Source: Azospira sp. (lineage in GTDB: Bacteria; Pseudomonadota; Gammaproteobacteria; Burkholderiales; Rhodocyclaceae). From it: a DNA stretch of 64,000 bases. The stretch is from assembly GCA_035255085.1 (NCBI GenBank), contig DATEZY010000093.1:15183-79182 (forward strand), given 5' to 3'. This document shows positions 37,893-47,472 of the stretch, piece by piece. Each line of letters starts with the position of its first letter. Position 1 is the first letter of the stretch. The position numbers and the translations under genes are program-made. The notes under the pieces are model-generated. The model was not told where the DNA came from. It made no database searches and saw nothing but the letters and a program-made list of their open reading frames with translations.

Positions 37893-38633
37893 ATGAGCAA
37901 AGTTGCACTCGTCACCGGCGCCCTGGGCGGCCTGGGTACCGCCATCAGCCAGTCGCTGGCCAAGGAAGGTTACAAAGTTGTGGCTGCTTATCACCCTGAC
38001 TTCGACAAGAAGGAAGAGTGGCTGGCTGAGCAGGAAGCTGCCGGTTTCAAGGATTTCATCCTGGTCCCGGGCGATGTGTCCGACTATGAATCTGCCAAGG
38101 CCATGATCGCCGAAGCCGAAGCCAAGGCTGGCCAGATCGACGTTCTGGTGAACAACGCCGGCATCACCCGCGACAAATTCTTCGTCAAGATGGACAAGGG
38201 CCAGTGGGATGCGGTGATCAACACCAACCTCAATAGCCTGTTCAATGTTACCCACCACGTGGCCGCCAAGATGGGCGAGCGCGGCTGGGGTCGCATCATC
38301 AATATCTCCTCCGTCAATGGCGTCAAGGGCCAGGCCGGTCAGACCAACTACTCCGCCGCCAAGGCTGGCGTCATCGGCTTCACCAAGGCCCTGGCTCAGG
38401 AATTCGCCACCAAGGGTGTGACCGTCAATGCCATCGCTCCGGGCTACGTGGCTACCAAGATGGTGACCGCCATTCGCGAAGACATCCTCAAGACCATCAT
38501 CGACTCCGTGCCCATGAAGCGTCTGGCCAAGCCGGAAGAAATCGGTGCCGCAGTGGTTTACCTGTCCTCCGAACTGGCCGGCTTCGTTACCGGTGAAACC
38601 ATCAACATCAACGGTGGTCTCTACTACCAGTAA
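37893..38633 (+). CDS. phaB: Acetoacetyl-CoA reductase
   Basis: TGALGGLG, NNAGITRD, SSVNG.KGQAGQTNYSAAK; lies between phaC and phaR. Confidence 0.92.
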   Translation: MSKVALVTGALGGLGTAISQSLAKEGYKVVAAYHPDFDKKEEWLAEQEAAGFKDFILVPGDVSDYESAKAMIAEAEAKAGQIDVLVNNAGITRDKFFVKMDKGQWDAVINTNLNSLFNVTHHVAAKMGERGWGRIINISSVNGVKGQAGQTNYSAAKAGVIGFTKALAQEFATKGVTVNAIAPGYVATKMVTAIREDILKTIIDSVPMKRLAKPEEIGAAVVYLSSELAGFVTGETININGGLYYQ

Positions 38634-38672
38634 CAGGGACTAGGGGGTGCCCTGGCATCCCCGGCTTCAGTC

Positions 38673-38702
38673 CAGGCCCCGCTCCGGCGGGGCTTGTTTT
38701 TT
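38673..38702 (+). terminator. Intrinsic terminator after phaB
   Basis: caggccccgc-tccg-gcggggcttg followed by tttttt. Confidence 0.75.
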
Positions 38703-38839
38703 CTGTATAATCCAGCGGATAGGAGGTAAGTGGTTGCGTTCTTGCCGGTCTTTTGCGCTATCGGCCAATTCGTCGCTGCTTTTATCTGCTTTTGTCTTTG
38801 CTTATTTCCCCTGGCCCTCAACGCTTTGGAGTCCGCTTA

Positions 38840-39406
38840 ATGCCGGAACAAGTGCGCCTGATCAAGAAATACCCCAATCGCCGTCTGTACGACACCAAAA
38901 CCAGTGCCTACATCACCCTTTCCGATGTCAAGGACCTGGTTTTGCGCTTCGAGGAATTCAAGGTGGTGGATGCCAAGAGTGGCGATGATCTGACCCGCAG
39001 CATCCTGCTCCAGATCATTCTCGAGGAAGAGTCCGGCGGCGTGCCGCTGTTCTCCACCGAACTGCTCTCCCAAATCATCCGCTTCTATGGCAATGCCATG
39101 CAGGCCATGCTGGGCAAGTACCTGGAGAACAACATCAAGTCCTTCGTGGATTTCCAGGCCAAGCTCCAGGACCAGTCCCGTTCCCTCTATGGCGACAACA
39201 ATCCCATGCAGGCCGACCTGTGGGCCCAGTTCCTGAATTTCCAGGGGCCGGCCATGCAGAGCATGATGACCGCCTACGTGGATCAAAGCAAAAAGATGTT
39301 CCAGCAGATGCAGGACCAACTGCAAAATCAAACGCGCAACATGTTTACCGGCTTCCAGTTCCCCGGCTCCGAAGGGGAAGGCAAGAAGACCGAGAAGGCG
39401 GATTAG
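38840..39406 (+). CDS. phaR: PHA synthesis repressor PhaR
   Basis: RLIKKYPNRRLYDT.TS.YITL, DLTRSILLQII.EEE, IRFYG. Confidence 0.95.
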   Translation: MPEQVRLIKKYPNRRLYDTKTSAYITLSDVKDLVLRFEEFKVVDAKSGDDLTRSILLQIILEEESGGVPLFSTELLSQIIRFYGNAMQAMLGKYLENNIKSFVDFQAKLQDQSRSLYGDNNPMQADLWAQFLNFQGPAMQSMMTAYVDQSKKMFQQMQDQLQNQTRNMFTGFQFPGSEGEGKKTEKAD

Positions 39407-39412
39407 TCACTC

Positions 39413-40759
39413 GTGGTTTCCAGCAAGTCTCCCCAGCAAATTATTGCCTCGACGACCCCCACCGTGGGGTTCGTTTCCCTCGGCTGTCCCAAGGCGTCCT
39501 CTGACGCCGAGCGCATCCTCACCCAGTTGCGTGCCGAGGGCTATGAAATTTCCTCTTCCTACGAAGGTTCCGATCTGGTGATCGTGAACACCTGTGGCTT
39601 CATCGATGCCGCAGTGGAAGAATCCCTGGATGCCATCGGCGAAGCTCTCAGCGAGAACGGCAAGGTCATCGTTACCGGCTGCCTCGGCGCCAAGGGCGAT
39701 ATCGTCCAGACCACGCACCCTTCGGTGCTGGCCGTTACCGGCCCCCACGCTGCAGCCGAGGTAATGGGGCATGTGCATAGCCATCTGCCCAAGCCCCACG
39801 ATCCCTTCACCGATCTGGTGCCCGAGGCCGGCATTCGCCTGACTCCACCCCATTTCGCCTACCTGAAGATTTCGGAAGGCTGCAACCACAGCTGCACCTT
39901 CTGCATCATTCCCAGCCTGCGTGGCCCCCTGGTGTCCCGCCCCATTGGTGACGTACTGCAGGAAGCCAAGGCCTTGGCCGAAGCCGGGGTGAAGGAACTG
40001 TTGGTCATTTCCCAGGACACCAGTGCCTACGGCGTGGACCTGAAATACCGTACCGGCTTCGTCGGCGGTCGTCCGGTGAAGACCCGGCTCAAGGAGCTGT
40101 GCGAGGCCCTGGCCGAGTTCGGCATCTGGGTGCGCCTGCACTACGTTTATCCCTATCCCAGCGTGGACGACCTGATTCCCCTGATGGCCGAGGGCAAGAT
40201 ACTGCCCTACCTGGACGTGCCCTTCCAACACGCCAGCCCGCGCATCCTCAAGGCTATGAAGCGGCCGGCCAGCGCCGAGAACAATCTGGAGCGCATCAAG
40301 GCCTGGCGCGCCATCTGCCCGGATATCACCATCCGCTCCACCTTCATTGCAGGTTTCCCCGGCGAGACCGAGGCCGAATTCGAGGAACTGTTGCAGTTCC
40401 TGGAAGAGGCTCGTCTTGACCGGGTCGGCTGCTTCTCCTATTCCCCGGTGGAGGGGGCTGCCGCCAACGATTTGCCCGGAGCCCTGTCGGACGAAGTGCG
40501 TGATGAGCGTCGCCGCTACGTCATGGAACTGCAGGAAGACATTTCCGCCGATATCCTTTCCGGCAAGATCGACAAGGAGATCACGGTGCTGGTGGATGCG
40601 GTGGATGAGGAGGGTGCCATTGCCCGTTCCAGCGCCGATGCGCCGGAAATCGACGGGGTGGTTTATCTCGATGGGGTGTTCGACGTCGAGCCCGGCGATT
40701 TTGTACAGGTCCGGGTGGTGGATAGCGACGCCCACGACCTTTACGCCGAGCGGGTGTGA
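39413..40759 (+). CDS. rimO: Ribosomal protein S12 methylthiotransferase RimO
   Basis: [20 protein letters not shown] radical SAM motif, DAPEIDG TRAM domain. Confidence 0.95.
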   Translation: MVSSKSPQQIIASTTPTVGFVSLGCPKASSDAERILTQLRAEGYEISSSYEGSDLVIVNTCGFIDAAVEESLDAIGEALSENGKVIVTGCLGAKGDIVQTTHPSVLAVTGPHAAAEVMGHVHSHLPKPHDPFTDLVPEAGIRLTPPHFAYLKISEGCNHSCTFCIIPSLRGPLVSRPIGDVLQEAKALAEAGVKELLVISQDTSAYGVDLKYRTGFVGGRPVKTRLKELCEALAEFGIWVRLHYVYPYPSVDDLIPLMAEGKILPYLDVPFQHASPRILKAMKRPASAENNLERIKAWRAICPDITIRSTFIAGFPGETEAEFEELLQFLEEARLDRVGCFSYSPVEGAAANDLPGALSDEVRDERRRYVMELQEDISADILSGKIDKEITVLVDAVDEEGAIARSSADAPEIDGVVYLDGVFDVEPGDFVQVRVVDSDAHDLYAERV

Positions 40760-41631
40760 AACCCAGGATTGGCCTAGCCCTCGGTAGCGGCTCCGCCAGG
40801 GGCTGGGCCCATATCGGCGTCATCCGTGCCCTGCGGGACGCCGGTATCGAGCCGGATATCATTTGCGGCGCCTCCATCGGAGCCTTTGTCGGTGCCGCCG
40901 CCGCCTGTGGCGAACTCGACAAGCTGGAAAGCTGGGTACGCAGTCTGTCCTGGAAGGAAGTCCTGGGCTTCTTCGATGTGGGCATGAACGGAGGCCTGAT
41001 CAAGGGCGAGAAGCTGCTGGAGTTTTTTACCCGGCACTTTGCCGACCGGGATATCCACCAACTTCCGATTCCCTTTGCCTGTGTTTCCACTGACCTGGCC
41101 AGTGGCCGGGAAATCTGGTTCCGGGAGGGCAGCATCGCCCACGCGGTGCGTGCTTCAATCGCCTTGCCCGGACTGTTTTCCCCATACCTGGATGGTGAGG
41201 GCCGTTATCTGGTCGATGGGGGGCTGGTCAATCCGGTGCCCGTATCCCTCTGCCGCGCCCTGGGGGCTGACGTGGTTATCGCGGTGGACCTGGGGGCTGA
41301 CATCCTCGGACGGCGCCTGCGTTCTCCGGGCGTTGAGGCCGATACCGTGCCAGACGGCTGGATTACCCGCTTGCGCCGCCTCCTGGGCGGCAACGATGGT
41401 GCCAATGTCGCACCGTCCCTGGTGGATGTACTGGCCAGCAGCATCAACATCATGCAGGTGCGCATCGCCCGCAGCCGCCTGGCCGGTGAGCCGGCCGACG
41501 TCCTGATTTCTCCCCGCCTGGCGCAACTCGGCCTGCTGGACTTCCATCGGGCCGATGAGGCTATTGCCGAAGGGAAGGTCGCAACCGAGCTGATGCTACC
41601 CTTGCTGCGCAATACCCTGGACAACCAGTAG
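40756..41631 (+). CDS. rssA: Patatin-like phospholipase, RssA family
   Basis: [17 protein letters not shown] nucleophile elbow, DGG. Confidence 0.85.
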   Translation: MKPRIGLALGSGSARGWAHIGVIRALRDAGIEPDIICGASIGAFVGAAAACGELDKLESWVRSLSWKEVLGFFDVGMNGGLIKGEKLLEFFTRHFADRDIHQLPIPFACVSTDLASGREIWFREGSIAHAVRASIALPGLFSPYLDGEGRYLVDGGLVNPVPVSLCRALGADVVIAVDLGADILGRRLRSPGVEADTVPDGWITRLRRLLGGNDGANVAPSLVDVLASSINIMQVRIARSRLAGEPADVLISPRLAQLGLLDFHRADEAIAEGKVATELMLPLLRNTLDNQ

Positions 41632-43046
41632 TGCATGACATGAGTGGCTTTCTGTTCGCCCTGGGGGCCATAGTTGGCCCCGCCCATCTGCTTCTTGATC
41701 CCCAGGCCAAGGCGCCGTTTCTCACCGACTGGCGCGGCCGCTACCGGGGCGACGCTTGCTGCGTAGTGCTGCCCGGATCCAGCCAGGAGGTGGCCCGGGT
41801 GGTTCAACTGTGCGCCCAGCACCGGGTGCCCATGGTGCCCCAGGGAGGCAATACCAGCCTGTGCGGTGCCGCTACCCCCGATCTCAGCGGTGCGGCGGTG
41901 GTGATCAGTCTGTCCCGGCTCAACCGCATCCGGGCCCTGGATGCCGCCAACAACACCGTGACTGTTGATGCCGGCTGCCTCCTGGCCCAGGTGCAGGAAG
42001 CAGCCCGAGCTGCCGACCGCCTTTTCCCCCTGGCCCTGGCCTCCCAGGGCAGTTGCCAGGTCGGCGGCAATCTCTCGACCAATGCCGGTGGCGTCCAGGT
42101 GCTGCGTTACGGCAACACCCGGGAGCTGACTCTGGGCCTGGAGGTGGTTCTGGCCGATGGTCGCCTGTGGGATGGTCTGCGGGGGCTGCGCAAGGACAAT
42201 ACCGGCTACGACCTGAAGCAGTTATTCATCGGGGCCGAAGGAACCCTGGGCATCATCACCGGTGCGGTGCTCAAGCTCTTCCCCCTGCCCAAGGCCAGCG
42301 CTACCGCCTGGTTGGCAGTGGCCGACGCCCAGGCTGCCATCGCCTTGCTCATGGCGGCCCAGGAGCGTTTCGGTCCCCGGCTTACCGCCTTCGAACTGGT
42401 GTCACAGACCGCCCTGCAACTGGTGCTGCAGCATATTCCGGGGAGCCGATCCCCCCTGGCGCAGCCGTTCCCCTGGCAGGTTCTGCTGGAGTTGAACGAC
42501 GGCGGCACGGTCGAAGAATTGACCCAGGCCCTGGAGCAATTCATGGCCAGGGCCATGGATGGAGGCCTGATCAGCGACGGTGTGCTGGCCCAGAATGTAA
42601 CCCAGGTCCGGCAACTCTGGTCCCTGCGGGAGAATATTTCTGAAGCCCAGAAAATCGAAGGCATCAGCATCAAACATGACGTGGCGGTGCCGGTATCCCG
42701 CATCCCAGAATTCCTGACCCGGGCCGATACTGCCCTGGCGGCCGCATTCCCGGGGGTGCGGGTGGTAGCGTTCGGCCACGCAGGGGATGGCAACCTGCAT
42801 TACAACCTCTCCAAGCCCGATAGCCGGGACAACCGCGAATTCATCGCGGCCACGCCCATGGTCAATCGACTGGTGCATGACCTGGTGCACGACCTGGGGG
42901 GCTCCATTTCCGCCGAACACGGCATCGGGCAACTGAAGCGGCAGGAATTGTGCCGCTACAAGAGCGAGCTGGAGCGGGAACTGATGGGCCGGGTGAAAGC
43001 CAGTCTGGATCCCCTGGGTCTGATGAATCCGGGGAAGATCTTGTGA
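41631..43046 (+). CDS. FAD-binding oxidoreductase (D-2-hydroxyacid dehydrogenase-like)
   Basis: PQGGNT, GGNLSTNAGG, LRKDNTGYDLK, GAEGTLG, FGHAGDGNLH, SAEHGIG, NPGK. Confidence 0.9.
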   Translation: MHDMSGFLFALGAIVGPAHLLLDPQAKAPFLTDWRGRYRGDACCVVLPGSSQEVARVVQLCAQHRVPMVPQGGNTSLCGAATPDLSGAAVVISLSRLNRIRALDAANNTVTVDAGCLLAQVQEAARAADRLFPLALASQGSCQVGGNLSTNAGGVQVLRYGNTRELTLGLEVVLADGRLWDGLRGLRKDNTGYDLKQLFIGAEGTLGIITGAVLKLFPLPKASATAWLAVADAQAAIALLMAAQERFGPRLTAFELVSQTALQLVLQHIPGSRSPLAQPFPWQVLLELNDGGTVEELTQALEQFMARAMDGGLISDGVLAQNVTQVRQLWSLRENISEAQKIEGISIKHDVAVPVSRIPEFLTRADTALAAAFPGVRVVAFGHAGDGNLHYNLSKPDSRDNREFIAATPMVNRLVHDLVHDLGGSISAEHGIGQLKRQELCRYKSELERELMGRVKASLDPLGLMNPGKIL

Positions 43047-43049
43047 TGC

Positions 43050-43081
43050 AATAAAAACGGGCCTTCTGGCCCGTTTTTATT
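43050..43081. terminator. Bidirectional intrinsic terminator
   Basis: aataaaaacgggcc-ttct-ggcccgtttttatt. Confidence 0.85.
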
Positions 43082-43112
43082 AGGAATGGTGTCAGGAGAG
43101 ATGTCGCCGGAG

Positions 43113-43310
43113 TCAGTTCAGGGGCGCGGCGCGGGGTCGGCCGTGCAGCATTTCGGCGTGGAGCGCTAGCACTCGGCAGCGGATTGCTTGCAGGGCCCGG
43201 GAGATCTCCTGCTGCGCATGCTGCACTGCGGTAATTTTGTGCTGCAGGTTGCGGATGTTTTCCAAATACTGCTTATCAATATCTATCAGGCTTGCGGCGA
43301 GGTTTTTCAT
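43113..43310 (-). CDS. Small hypothetical protein (65 aa, coiled-coil-like)
   Basis: Strong SD AAGGAGG before ATG; ends just before a bidirectional terminator. Confidence 0.55.
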   Translation of the reverse strand: MKNLAASLIDIDKQYLENIRNLQHKITAVQHAQQEISRALQAIRCRVLALHAEMLHGRPRAAPLN

Positions 43311-43428
43311 GGCTTTCCTCCTTCATGCTGGGGTCAATGCATTATGGGTGGGAGGATGCCAAAGGCAAAACTAATTTTCTGTTTCAACTATATGATTTTT
43401 TTGTTTTTATGACCAACTGCATATGGCT

Positions 43429-43461
43429 TTGTGTGGTGCTCTTAACTAAATTGTGCGGTGC
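43429..43461. repeat. Direct repeat TTGTG(T/C)GGTGC x2 at 22-bp period
   Basis: ttgtgtggtgc at 43429-43439 and ttgtgcggtgc at 43451-43461, in an AT-rich divergent intergenic region. Confidence 0.6.
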
Positions 43462-43488
43462 GAGATAAAACTCTTGAGGGAGCGTGCA

Positions 43489-43677
43489 ATGGTCAAGTAC
43501 AGCGGTGTCGATACCCATCCTTTGGAACGCCAGTTCAGCCACCTTGCTGACAGTGAGGGCTTTTGCCTGGAACGGGTGCGGCAAGAGGTCGCGACCCTTT
43601 ATCGGCATACCTGGGTCATGGCAGGGGCGCTGGTCATGAGCGTCGGTGGCTTGCTGGCCTCCTATGGGGGAGGCTAG
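43489..43677 (+). CDS. Small hypothetical protein (62 aa) with C-terminal hydrophobic helix
   Basis: SD GAGGGAG before ATG; WVMAGALVMSVGGLLASY; followed by hairpin aggggggtatcccccctt. Confidence 0.5.
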   Translation: MVKYSGVDTHPLERQFSHLADSEGFCLERVRQEVATLYRHTWVMAGALVMSVGGLLASYGGG

Positions 43678-43711
43678 GGAAAAGACAGGTAGGGGGGTAT
43701 CCCCCCTTGCC

Positions 43712-44584
43712 TTAGTGCAGGGTAGGGCGGTTTTCCGGCGCGAATAAATCGGCGATGGCTTCTGCATCAAAGCGATATTCCCGATTGCAAATATCGTCCT
43801 TGATCAAAATTTCGCCGTGTTCCTGGAGAATGGCTTCCACTTCGGCCTGGCCCAGGGAGCGGACCATTTCCCGTACCTTGTCCCAATCCTCGGGGCAGGA
43901 ATAGCTGACCGGCTTGGCCGGGTAGAGACGCACGGTTTCCTCGGGGAAAATGCGGGCGAGTAGGGTTTCCGTGTCCAGGCCCAGCAATTCCTCCGGCTTG
44001 ATGGTGGCGGCCAGCTGCTGCAGGCGGTTCCATCCGTCCGTATCCTTGGTGTCGGTATCGGGCATCTTCTGCAGGAACAGGCCTACTGCAGCCGTGGGTG
44101 AGGCCACCAGATACAGGCGGGAAGCCTGTTGCTCGGACTGCTCCAGGTAATGCTCGAACACTTCCGCCACCGTGGCACCTTCCAGGGGAACGAAACTGCG
44201 GTAGGGCTCCCGGGCCTGGGGGATATCGAGGGTGAGCATGAGCTGACCGTGACCCATGAGTTCATCCACCGTGCCCGGTGCTACGTTGGCTTCGGCCCGG
44301 GCTGTGCCACGGAATTCCAGGCGTTCGTTGCAGTCGATGACCAGCATGGAAATGGGGCCATTGCCTCGCATCTGGAAGGTCAGGCGGCCCGGCTGCTTCA
44401 GCTGGGCAGCGATGAGGCTGGCTACGGCGGTCATTTCGCCCAGGATGCCGGCCACGGCCGGGGCGTAGTCCCGCCCGGCCTGCATGGCTTGCCAGGAAGT
44501 CTCCAGGCGTACCACGGCGCCACGGATATCCAGGTCTTCGAAGAGCAGGCGCTGGACGCCGTCCCGGGAAGTTTGGTCGCTCAT
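43712..44584 (-). CDS. hslO: Hsp33-family chaperone HslO (atypical Cys motif)
   Basis: DIRGAVVRL, LTFQMRGNGPI, VPLEG..VAEVFEHYLEQSEQ, GLFLQKMP. Confidence 0.88.
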   Translation of the reverse strand: MSDQTSRDGVQRLLFEDLDIRGAVVRLETSWQAMQAGRDYAPAVAGILGEMTAVASLIAAQLKQPGRLTFQMRGNGPISMLVIDCNERLEFRGTARAEANVAPGTVDELMGHGQLMLTLDIPQAREPYRSFVPLEGATVAEVFEHYLEQSEQQASRLYLVASPTAAVGLFLQKMPDTDTKDTDGWNRLQQLAATIKPEELLGLDTETLLARIFPEETVRLYPAKPVSYSCPEDWDKVREMVRSLGQAEVEAILQEHGEILIKDDICNREYRFDAEAIADLFAPENRPTLH

Positions 44585-44925
44585 TTCAGTTCCTTGGCAA
44601 AACGTTCTGGGTCGAAGCCGAGCATGACCCGGTCACCCGCTTCCACCACCGGGCGCTTGATCAGGCTCGGGTACTCCGCCATGAGGGCCAGGGCCTTGGC
44701 TTCATCCACATCGGCCCGCTGTTCTTCGGCGAGCTTGCGCCACATCAGGCCCCGGGTGTTGAGCAGGGCCTGCCAGCCGACCTTCTGGTTCCAGGCCGGA
44801 AGGTGGGCGGCGGCGATGCCGGCCTTCTTATAGTCGCTGAACTCGTAGGCGACGCCGTTGGCCTCAAGCCAGGCGAAGGCCTTCTTCATGGTGTCGCAGT
44901 TCTTGATGCCGTAGACCTTAATCAT
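44581..44925 (-). CDS. ArsC/YffB/Spx family protein
   Basis: VYGIKNCDTMKKA, DYKKAG, LLNTRG..WRKL, PSLIKRPV. Confidence 0.9.
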   Translation of the reverse strand: MIKVYGIKNCDTMKKAFAWLEANGVAYEFSDYKKAGIAAAHLPAWNQKVGWQALLNTRGLMWRKLAEEQRADVDEAKALALMAEYPSLIKRPVVEAGDRVMLGFDPERFAKELK

Positions 44926-44958
44926 GGGTGACTCGCGCGGGGTGCCGAAGGGTCTATT

Positions 44959-47271
44959 TTAACGCTTGAGCTTGGCGAAGGCGGCGGCCAGGGCGCCTTG
45001 GGGCTCCGGCTGCCGATCTTCCCGCTGCCGGGCTTTGGTGCTCATCGGCGCAGCCGCCGGCTTGCCGCCGCCGGTGCCTTTGCCGAAGCTGTCGTCCAGG
45101 CGCATGGTGAGGGCGATGCGTTTGCGCGGCAGATCCACTTCCAGCACCTTGACCTTGACGATGTCGCCGGCCTTGACCACCTCGTGAGGATCCTTGACGA
45201 ACTTGTGGGAGAGGGCGGAGACGTGCACCAGGCCGTCCTGGTGTACACCGATATCCACGAAGGCGCCGAAGGCGGCCACGTTGGTCACCACCCCTTCGAG
45301 CAGCATGCCGGGTTGCAGATCCCGCAATTCTTCCACACCGTCCTTGAAAACGGCCGTCTTGAACTCGGGGCGGGGGTCTCGACCCGGCTTTTCCAGTTCC
45401 TTGAGGATGTCCTGGACCGTGGGCAGGCCGAATTTCTCGTCCGTGTATTTTGCCGGGGAGACGCTCTGCACCGTGCGGGCATTGCCGATCACCTCCTGGA
45501 TGCCCTTCTTGATGTCGGCCAGGATGCGTTCCACCACCGGGTAGGCTTCCGGGTGCACCGCAGAGGCATCCAGGGGATTGTCGCCGCCCATGACGCGGAG
45601 GAAGCCGGCGGCCTGCTCGAAGGTCTTGTCGCCCAGGCGGGGCACCTTTTTCAGTGCCTGGCGGTTGGGGAAGGCGCCGTTCTGGTCCCGGTAGGCCACG
45701 ATATTGGCCGCCAGGTTCTGGTTCAGGCCGGAAATGCGGGCGAGGAGGGGAACGGAGGCCGTATTCACATCCACGCCCACGGCGTTTACGCAGTCTTCCA
45801 CCACGCCGTCCAGGGATTTGGCCAGCTTGGTCTGGGAGACATCGTGCTGGTACTGGCCGACGCCGATGGCCTTGGGCTCGATCTTCACCAGTTCGGCCAG
45901 GGGATCCTGCAGGCGGCGGGCGATGGACACGGCGCCACGCAGGGAAACGTCCAGGTCCGGGAATTCCCGGGCGGCGAATTCGGAGGCGGAATAGACCGAG
46001 GCGCCGGCTTCGGAGACGACGATCTTGGTCATGTGCAATTCCGGCATACCCTTGATCAGGTCACCGGCCAGCTTGTCAGTTTCTCGGGAGGCGGTGCCGT
46101 TGCCGATGGAGATCAGGGAAACGTTGTGCTTCTTGGCCAGGACCGCCAGGGTTGCCAGGGCGCCATTCCAGTCGCGGCGGGGCTCGTGGGGGTACACCGT
46201 GGCGGTATCCAGGAGCTTGCCGGTGGCGTCCACCACTGCCACCTTGACTCCGGTGCGGATGCCGGGATCCAGGCCCATGGTGGCTTTCTGGCCAGCGGGG
46301 GCAGCCAGCAGCAGGTCCTTCAGGTTGCGCCCGAAGACACGGATGGCTTCTTCCTCGGCCCGCTCCCGCAATGCGCCCATCAGCTCGGTTTCCAGGTGCA
46401 GGAATACCTTGATGCGCCAGGTCCAGCGTACCGTGTCGCTTAGCCACTTGTCCGCCGGGCGGCCCTGGTCGCGAATGTTGAAGCGGGCAGCGATGCGCTG
46501 TTCGCAGGGGTTATGGCCCAGGGGCTTGTTGGCGTCGTCCAGTTCGCTGTCGAGCACCAGGGCGAGGGAGAGGAAGCCTTCGTTGCGTCCCCGGAACAGG
46601 GCCAGGGCCCGGTGGGAGGGCACGTCCTTGATGGCTTCCGAGTAATCGAAATAGTCACGGAATTTGGCACCAGCCTCCTCCTGCCCATCCACTACGGTGG
46701 ATTTGACCACCCCGTGGCTGTCCAGGTAATCCCGCAGGCTGCCCAGTAGCTCGGCATCCTCGGCGAACTGTTCCATCAGGATCTGGCGGGCACCGTCGAG
46801 CACCGCCTTGGTGTCGGCGAAGCCGGCGTCGGCGTTGAGGTATTTTTCGGCTTCGGCTTCCGGCGTCAGGCCAGCATCCGCCAGCAGGGCGTCGGCCAGG
46901 GGCTGCAGGCCGGCTTCCCGGGCGATCTGGGCCTTGGTGCGGCGCTTGGGCTTGTAGGGCAGGTAGAGGTCTTCCAGACGCTGCTTGGTGTCGGCGTCTT
47001 CCACTTCCCGGCGCAGTTCCGGTGTCAGTTTGCCCTGTTCCTCAATGCTGGCGATTACCGCACCGCGGCGCTCTTCCAGTTCCCGCAGATAGGTCAGGCG
47101 CTCGTCCAGGGTGCGCAGCTGGGTGTCGTCCAGGCCGCCGGTGGCCTCCTTGCGGTAACGGGCGATGAAGGGCACGGTGGCGCCTTCGTCCAGCAGGGCG
47201 ACGGTGTCCATCACCTGTTGCGGGCGGACGCCCAATTCCTCGGCAATGCGATGTTCGATGGGAGGCAGCAT
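44959..47271 (-). CDS. tex: Tex family transcription accessory protein (S1 domain)
   Basis: [48 protein letters not shown]-terminal S1; start set at MLPPIE. Confidence 0.95.
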   Translation of the reverse strand: MLPPIEHRIAEELGVRPQQVMDTVALLDEGATVPFIARYRKEATGGLDDTQLRTLDERLTYLRELEERRGAVIASIEEQGKLTPELRREVEDADTKQRLEDLYLPYKPKRRTKAQIAREAGLQPLADALLADAGLTPEAEAEKYLNADAGFADTKAVLDGARQILMEQFAEDAELLGSLRDYLDSHGVVKSTVVDGQEEAGAKFRDYFDYSEAIKDVPSHRALALFRGRNEGFLSLALVLDSELDDANKPLGHNPCEQRIAARFNIRDQGRPADKWLSDTVRWTWRIKVFLHLETELMGALRERAEEEAIRVFGRNLKDLLLAAPAGQKATMGLDPGIRTGVKVAVVDATGKLLDTATVYPHEPRRDWNGALATLAVLAKKHNVSLISIGNGTASRETDKLAGDLIKGMPELHMTKIVVSEAGASVYSASEFAAREFPDLDVSLRGAVSIARRLQDPLAELVKIEPKAIGVGQYQHDVSQTKLAKSLDGVVEDCVNAVGVDVNTASVPLLARISGLNQNLAANIVAYRDQNGAFPNRQALKKVPRLGDKTFEQAAGFLRVMGGDNPLDASAVHPEAYPVVERILADIKKGIQEVIGNARTVQSVSPAKYTDEKFGLPTVQDILKELEKPGRDPRPEFKTAVFKDGVEELRDLQPGMLLEGVVTNVAAFGAFVDIGVHQDGLVHVSALSHKFVKDPHEVVKAGDIVKVKVLEVDLPRKRIALTMRLDDSFGKGTGGGKPAAAPMSTKARQREDRQPEPQGALAAAFAKLKR

Positions 47272-47472
47272 GGGGGGCAGGGAGCAAAAAAAGAGGCGAA
47301 CTATGCAGAAAGACCGCGCAAAAGACAAGGTTGCGGAAAGTGGGGTAACATGCACAGCACAAGGTTCGATGAGGCGCACATCGCCGTCTGGCGCGGGTTA
47401 GCGGCAGATGGCGGTAGGGTGGGTGCCGGGATGGGCATCGAACTACACTAAAATGATATCCGCATCGTTCTC

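Noticed and set aside
43424-43440. Sigma54-like TGGC...TGC
   Set aside because: GG to GC spacing is 11 nt rather than the required 10.
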